Source: Salinivirgaceae bacterium
GTDB lineage: Bacteria > Bacteroidota > Bacteroidia > Bacteroidales > SZUA-534
Reading direction: 5' to 3'
Length of the DNA: 64,000 nucleotides
NCBI GenBank assembly: GCA_024405635.1
Contig: JAKSOL010000001.1
Span: 1-64,000 of the forward strand
Below the pieces are notes generated by a model. That model was not told the origin of the DNA and did not search any database. It was given only the letters and a program-made list of their open reading frames with translations. The position numbers were made by a program, and so were the translations under genes. Within the stretch, counting starts at the first letter, position 1; each line of letters starts with the position of its first letter. Below are positions 59,722 through 64,000 of the stretch, piece after piece.

Positions 59722-60088
59722 ACACACACGCTGAGGGCTCCAAACAATAGAGTGCGGGCGTGTATGTGAACATATACAAGACTGGCGTTTATTTTCGCCT
59801 TGTCAGTTGACTATTCGAAACTACCACTTTTGAATTTACAGCCAATGACATGGTAAGAGGTAGATGCCACGGGGTGGTATATTCACTCCGTAGTGTGCTG
59901 TGAGCAATGCTCATAGTACACTTATGGGGTCATATATATCCAACAGCGTGGGTGTCTCTCTTTCTGTCTAGCTGTAAAGGCTGTGGTAGGCCTCGGATAG
60001 TGGACAGACGGAGTAAGACTTCCACGTTTTTGTTTTGTATATGGGGAGAATAGTACATATAGGAAACTAGTCATCGGGAGTCTGACTA
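59722..60088 (+). ncRNA. Large multi-stem structured RNA (ncRNA or 5' leader), family unassigned
   Basis: Nested helices: 59771-82/60032-43 (12 bp), 59810-18/59993-60001, 59821-27/59983-89, 59835-42/59971-78. Hairpins at 59722-67, 59870-90, 59892-922 (14 bp) and 60068-88. Many G-U pairs. Confidence 0.75.
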
Positions 60089-60105
60089 TAGGAAAGGCAC
60101 AAAGC

Positions 60106-61566
60106 ATGTCTAACATTATAGCAAATAACCCATATCGATTCCTTGGTATATATTCCAATTCATCCATCAAGGATCGTGTCGCCAATGCAAATAAAATAAA
60201 GGCATACTCTAAAGTTGGCAAAAACATAGAATTCCCTTCGGATTTAAACCACATGCTTCCTGCCGTCCATCGTGATATGGACGAATTAGAAAAAGCATCT
60301 GCCAGTTTGAATATGCCAATAGACCAGCTTAAGAATGCCTTTTTCTGGTTTGTTAATGCCACATCGATGGATGGCATTGCATTGGGACATTTGCAATCTG
60401 GTGATACAGATAAAGCTATTGACATCTTCGGCAAAAAGGAAACCTTCTCATCTCTTCTTAATCTAGCCGTAATTGCTTCTATACAAGGTGACAAAAAAAG
60501 GTACGTTACAAATCTTATTAAGATTATCCATGACGAAACATACCGCACAGGCCTCATCTGTGCCGTTTGTGGAGATACATTTCATATTGATGAAGATGAA
60601 TTAATCCATCTTTTCATAGACGAACTGGCGAAAGTTGCCAATGCATCCGAGCTGCCATCATTGTTCGAAAATCCACATTCAACAAGTGAAGACAAAAACT
60701 ATGTCGCAAAGCTATCCATTGGTGAACCTATCTCTGCAATAAACAATGCTATTGCGACAGCAAAAGACGCGAACAACGATGCAGAATCCCAGTTTAATGC
60801 AGGATTACTACTCATGACTTCAACAAAGAAGCATCTTGATGTAGTTAAATCCACATTGGGGACTGACGACTTGCAATATCAAATGCTGGCAGACAAGTTG
60901 GCACAGACCATCCTTCAATGCGGCATCAACTATTACAACAAAACAGACGAAGATGACTACATCTCCATTGATAAAGCATACAAATTGCAGCACTATGCAG
61001 AAACTGTTGCTGTCGGTTCGATGCTAAAAAGCAGATGCAAAGAGAATGTGGATATTCTAAATAAGAAAAAGAAAGATTTACCTCCCAAGGAAGTAGCTTC
61101 TGAAGTTAAATACATAACCAACGAGTTAGTCAAATTCTGTAAGTTGCCTGACAAAATATGTCATGCCAAGGATTTGCTTAACAACACAAAGCCTCATCTA
61201 CAAAGCATGAAGGCTAAATTAGGAACATACAACGATTACTACTTAAAAATATCTACAGGCATCGTCAGCAAGGCACTTCAAAATATTATTGAGGAAGTTA
61301 ATGCCGTGCAAAATCTAGACTACTTAGCCATACCAGAAGTCTTTAAATCAGCATGGGAAGCCACTTTGTTAATGGATAAATTTGATATGGAAAGTGACTT
61401 CAAGTCTAGTCGCTATAACATGAATCGCACCACACTAAAAAAAATGTGCGATGAACTAGGCATAAAAACAAGCACTAGCATTTTCAACAACAGTGACGAA
61501 AACTGGGGGTGTTGGATAGTCGCAGCAATCGTTTTTATAATCATCTGTATCTCACAATGTCATTAA
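60106..61566 (+). CDS. Helical protein with J-domain-like start (no HPD) and C-terminal TM anchor
   Basis: NPYRFLGI..NSS resembles J-domain helix I; TPR-like helices; tail WGCWIVAAIVFIIICI. Confidence 0.6.
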   Translation: MSNIIANNPYRFLGIYSNSSIKDRVANANKIKAYSKVGKNIEFPSDLNHMLPAVHRDMDELEKASASLNMPIDQLKNAFFWFVNATSMDGIALGHLQSGDTDKAIDIFGKKETFSSLLNLAVIASIQGDKKRYVTNLIKIIHDETYRTGLICAVCGDTFHIDEDELIHLFIDELAKVANASELPSLFENPHSTSEDKNYVAKLSIGEPISAINNAIATAKDANNDAESQFNAGLLLMTSTKKHLDVVKSTLGTDDLQYQMLADKLAQTILQCGINYYNKTDEDDYISIDKAYKLQHYAETVAVGSMLKSRCKENVDILNKKKKDLPPKEVASEVKYITNELVKFCKLPDKICHAKDLLNNTKPHLQSMKAKLGTYNDYYLKISTGIVSKALQNIIEEVNAVQNLDYLAIPEVFKSAWEATLLMDKFDMESDFKSSRYNMNRTTLKKMCDELGIKTSTSIFNNSDENWGCWIVAAIVFIIICISQCH

Positions 61567-61570
61567 AAAT

Positions 61571-62518
61571 ATGAAAGTACTAAAACATCTAATCATTATC
61601 GGAATGTGCGTTACACCTGCACTTGTTTACGCACAAATCGACAGCACTGCTTTCGATAAGCAGCAGATAATAACTATTGAACAGAAATTAAACGTTCAAC
61701 AAGAAAGGTTGTCAGAATTGGACAAAATGATTAATGAGAAAGCTTCTATAAGCCAAATTAATTCTGTTCAAGCGAACTTGACAAACCTCAAATCGGCTAT
61801 AGAAGAGCAAAAAGTTTCTGTTGAGAACCTTATGTCTATGATTGAGCAGAATAAGCAAAATATTAAGAAAACTGCTGATCAACTTGGCGTTGAAATTGAC
61901 AAAACAAAAGTTTCTCTCAACGCAAAAGCCAACAACGACGATTTGCAAAACAAATCAATCATAGGCTTTATATTACTGACTTTGCTTGCTGTTATCCTTG
62001 CAGTTATCGCGTTCGTATTTGGCAAACGCATAAGCAAGAGTCATACAGATGTTGACGAGCTAAAACAGAAAGCAGAAAAAATCAATGAAGACATCCTCAA
62101 CAAGTTCTCTGTTGAAATGAACGAAATGCAGAAGATTTCTGCATCGCTTAGTGCACTATCCGACGTGCAGAAGTCTAACGGCAATGCAGAACAAGACCAC
62201 TCGCTCATCAAGACACTTGCCGACCGCATTACATTTATGGAAATGACACTCTATAAAATGGACAAAGACGTAAGGGGCTACAAGCAATTGTCTAAATCTA
62301 TAGCACAGATGAAAGATAATTTGCTGGCTAATGGCTACGAGCTTGTAGATATGTTAGGTAAAGAGTATAATGAAGGAATGAGGGCAACTGCTAATTTTAT
62401 TGATGACGATTCAATAGAACTAGGCAAACAAATCATCACAGCAATCATCAAGCCTCAGATCAACTACAAAGGTGTAATGATACAAGCAGCACAAATAACA
62501 GTAAGTCAAAACAACTAA
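61571..62518 (+). CDS. Transmembrane coiled-coil protein with GrpE-like C-terminal domain
   Basis: Signal peptide (VYA|Q), heptad coiled coil, TM IIGFILLTLLAVILAVIAFVFG, then G..Y...IITAIIKPQINYKGVMIQAAQITVS, resembling the GrpE beta head. Confidence 0.65.
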   Translation: MKVLKHLIIIGMCVTPALVYAQIDSTAFDKQQIITIEQKLNVQQERLSELDKMINEKASISQINSVQANLTNLKSAIEEQKVSVENLMSMIEQNKQNIKKTADQLGVEIDKTKVSLNAKANNDDLQNKSIIGFILLTLLAVILAVIAFVFGKRISKSHTDVDELKQKAEKINEDILNKFSVEMNEMQKISASLSALSDVQKSNGNAEQDHSLIKTLADRITFMEMTLYKMDKDVRGYKQLSKSIAQMKDNLLANGYELVDMLGKEYNEGMRATANFIDDDSIELGKQIITAIIKPQINYKGVMIQAAQITVSQNN

Positions 62519-62523
62519 ATACA

Positions 62524-64000
62524 ATGGCACAAGTAAAAATGAAATACGGAATTGACTTGGGAACAACCAATTCCGCAATATGCAAAATGGAGAATGGCGA
62601 ACCATCCATTAAGAAAACTGATACACTTAAAGATACTCTGCCTTCATGTGTGTCGTTCACAAAAAAGCAAGTTATTAAAGTAGGTGATAGCGCATACAAC
62701 GATTTACGCCAAGATAAATCAAGAGCAACTAAAACCCTGGCAAAAGGTAAAGAAAATGTCTTTATTGAATTCAAACGCACAATGGGCCTTGACACTCCAC
62801 ACGAGAGTTCAAACATGGGGCGGTCGTATTCGTCAGAAGAACTGTCGTCAGAAGTTCTGAAGGCATTAAAGTCGTTTGTTTCTGAAGACGCAATAAATGC
62901 TGCCGTAATCACTATACCGGCAAAATTCAAGGCCGACCAAATTGCTGCAACAAAAAGAGCAGCGACAATGGCCGGCATTGACCATTGCGAACTCCTGCAA
63001 GAACCTATTGCTGCATCTATGGCTTATGGACTTAGTTCGGCACAAAAGAATGGCACGTGGTTGGTTTTTGACTTTGGTGGTGGCACGTTCGATGCTGCAC
63101 TTTTGAGAGTAGAAGATGGTATTATGCAAGTGAAAGATACTGAGGGGGACAATTATCTCGGTGGCAAGAACTTGGATTATGCAATAGTGGATGGTGTTAT
63201 CATACCATACTTGAAAGAAAACTATAAAATTGACGGCATATTGTCAGATGACACCAAAAGAGAAATTCTTCGCGATGCCATGAAGTTCTATGCCGAACAG
63301 GCAAAGAATCAATTGTCTTTCAAAGAAAAATGTGACATCACTTCGCAACTGGATGAATTTGGAGAAGATGATGAAGGCAATGAGATAGAACTTGATATGG
63401 TTGTAACTCAGAGCCAAATAGCATCCGTAGTTGCTCCTGTATTCCAAAAGGCAATAGATATATGTAAGGACTTGTTGCAGCGAAACAACTTGTCTGGCAA
63501 CAATCTTGACTCGCTGATACTTGTTGGTGGACCGACATATTCACCAGTGCTACGTCAGATGCTAAAAGAGCAAATAACGTCCGGTGTTGATACAAGTATC
63601 GATCCAATGACAGCTGTTGCAAAAGGTGCTGCGCTTTATGCTTCAAGTATTGACAGCGAAGCCAAAGAAGAGATAAAAGCTGGGACTATCGCGTTGGATC
63701 TTTCGTATGAATCGAGCTCTGTCGAACAAGTTGAGTTTGTATCGGTAAAACTACTGCGAAATGAATGTACGGGTAATGTGCCGTCACAACTATTCGTAGA
63801 ACTCACACGCAATGACAAAGGCTGGTCGAGCGGAAAAGTTTCCATTAATGAGATAGGAGATGTCATTGAATGTCAGCTCATGGAAGGTAAGGCAAATTCG
63901 TTTGCTATTGTAGCATACGACGAAAAAGGCACGGTACTCCCATGCTTCCCGAACGAAGTAAATATCATGCAAGGCCTTGTCGTAGGCAATGCTGTATTAC
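62524..64000 (+). CDS. Specialised Hsp70 (DnaK-like) protein, 3' end outside the window
   Basis: Absent from the ORF track because no stop lies in the window. GIDLGTTNS, AVITIPA, QEPIAA, FDFGGGTFD, LGGKNLD, LVGGPT, AVAKGAA. Confidence 0.93.
   Translation, partial: MAQVKMKYGIDLGTTNSAICKMENGEPSIKKTDTLKDTLPSCVSFTKKQVIKVGDSAYNDLRQDKSRATKTLAKGKENVFIEFKRTMGLDTPHESSNMGRSYSSEELSSEVLKALKSFVSEDAINAAVITIPAKFKADQIAATKRAATMAGIDHCELLQEPIAASMAYGLSSAQKNGTWLVFDFGGGTFDAALLRVEDGIMQVKDTEGDNYLGGKNLDYAIVDGVIIPYLKENYKIDGILSDDTKREILRDAMKFYAEQAKNQLSFKEKCDITSQLDEFGEDDEGNEIELDMVVTQSQIASVVAPVFQKAIDICKDLLQRNNLSGNNLDSLILVGGPTYSPVLRQMLKEQITSGVDTSIDPMTAVAKGAALYASSIDSEAKEEIKAGTIALDLSYESSSVEQVEFVSVKLLRNECTGNVPSQLFVELTRNDKGWSSGKVSINEIGDVIECQLMEGKANSFAIVAYDEKGTVLPCFPNEVNIMQGLVVGNAVL

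Noticed and set aside
59722-60088. Structured region as tmRNA, RNase P RNA, a cobalamin/TPP riboswitch, or a MITE
   Set aside because: Their hallmark motifs were not found, and no terminal inverted repeats with target duplication were seen. Judged by eye only.
59922-60557. 211-aa minus-strand ORF
   Set aside because: Overlaps the structured RNA and the real + strand gene, and has no recognisable motifs.
62420-63972. Short ORFs listed in the track near the window end
   Set aside because: They are shadows of the open Hsp70 frame starting at 62524, which the track missed because it has no stop in the window.

Overview
Chromosomal window from an anaerobic Bacteroidota (probably Bacteroidales), judged from TAnnTTTG promoters, a bat operon, a GldB-like lipoprotein and PFOR. 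It has three zones. (1) 1-9.8 kb is accessory: the partly decayed end of a polysaccharide locus (GT4s, an interrupted acyltransferase, a radical SAM/SPASM gene plus an eroded paralog), an ABC-ATPase/TOPRIM-like gene pair, and an AAA_14-DUF4143 ATPase-nuclease gene bracketed on both sides by arrays of a 23-bp quasi-palindromic repeat. (2) 9.8-59.4 kb is mostly housekeeping: yigZ, ybaK, moxR-batABCDE, uvrA, smpB, miaA, prfC, tRNA-Pro, asnB, yicC-gmk-nadD, cysteate synthase and PFOR. (3) 59.7-64 kb holds a ~370-nt, extensively base-paired, G-U-rich putative ncRNA/leader directly ahead of an apparently membrane-tethered chaperone-like triad: a J-domain-like protein without HPD, a transmembrane GrpE-like protein and an atypical Hsp70 that runs off the window. 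The best candidates for undescribed biology are the RNA + Hsp70/GrpE/J-like module and the repeat-bracketed DUF4143 gene. All family calls come from motif recognition by eye, with no database searches.
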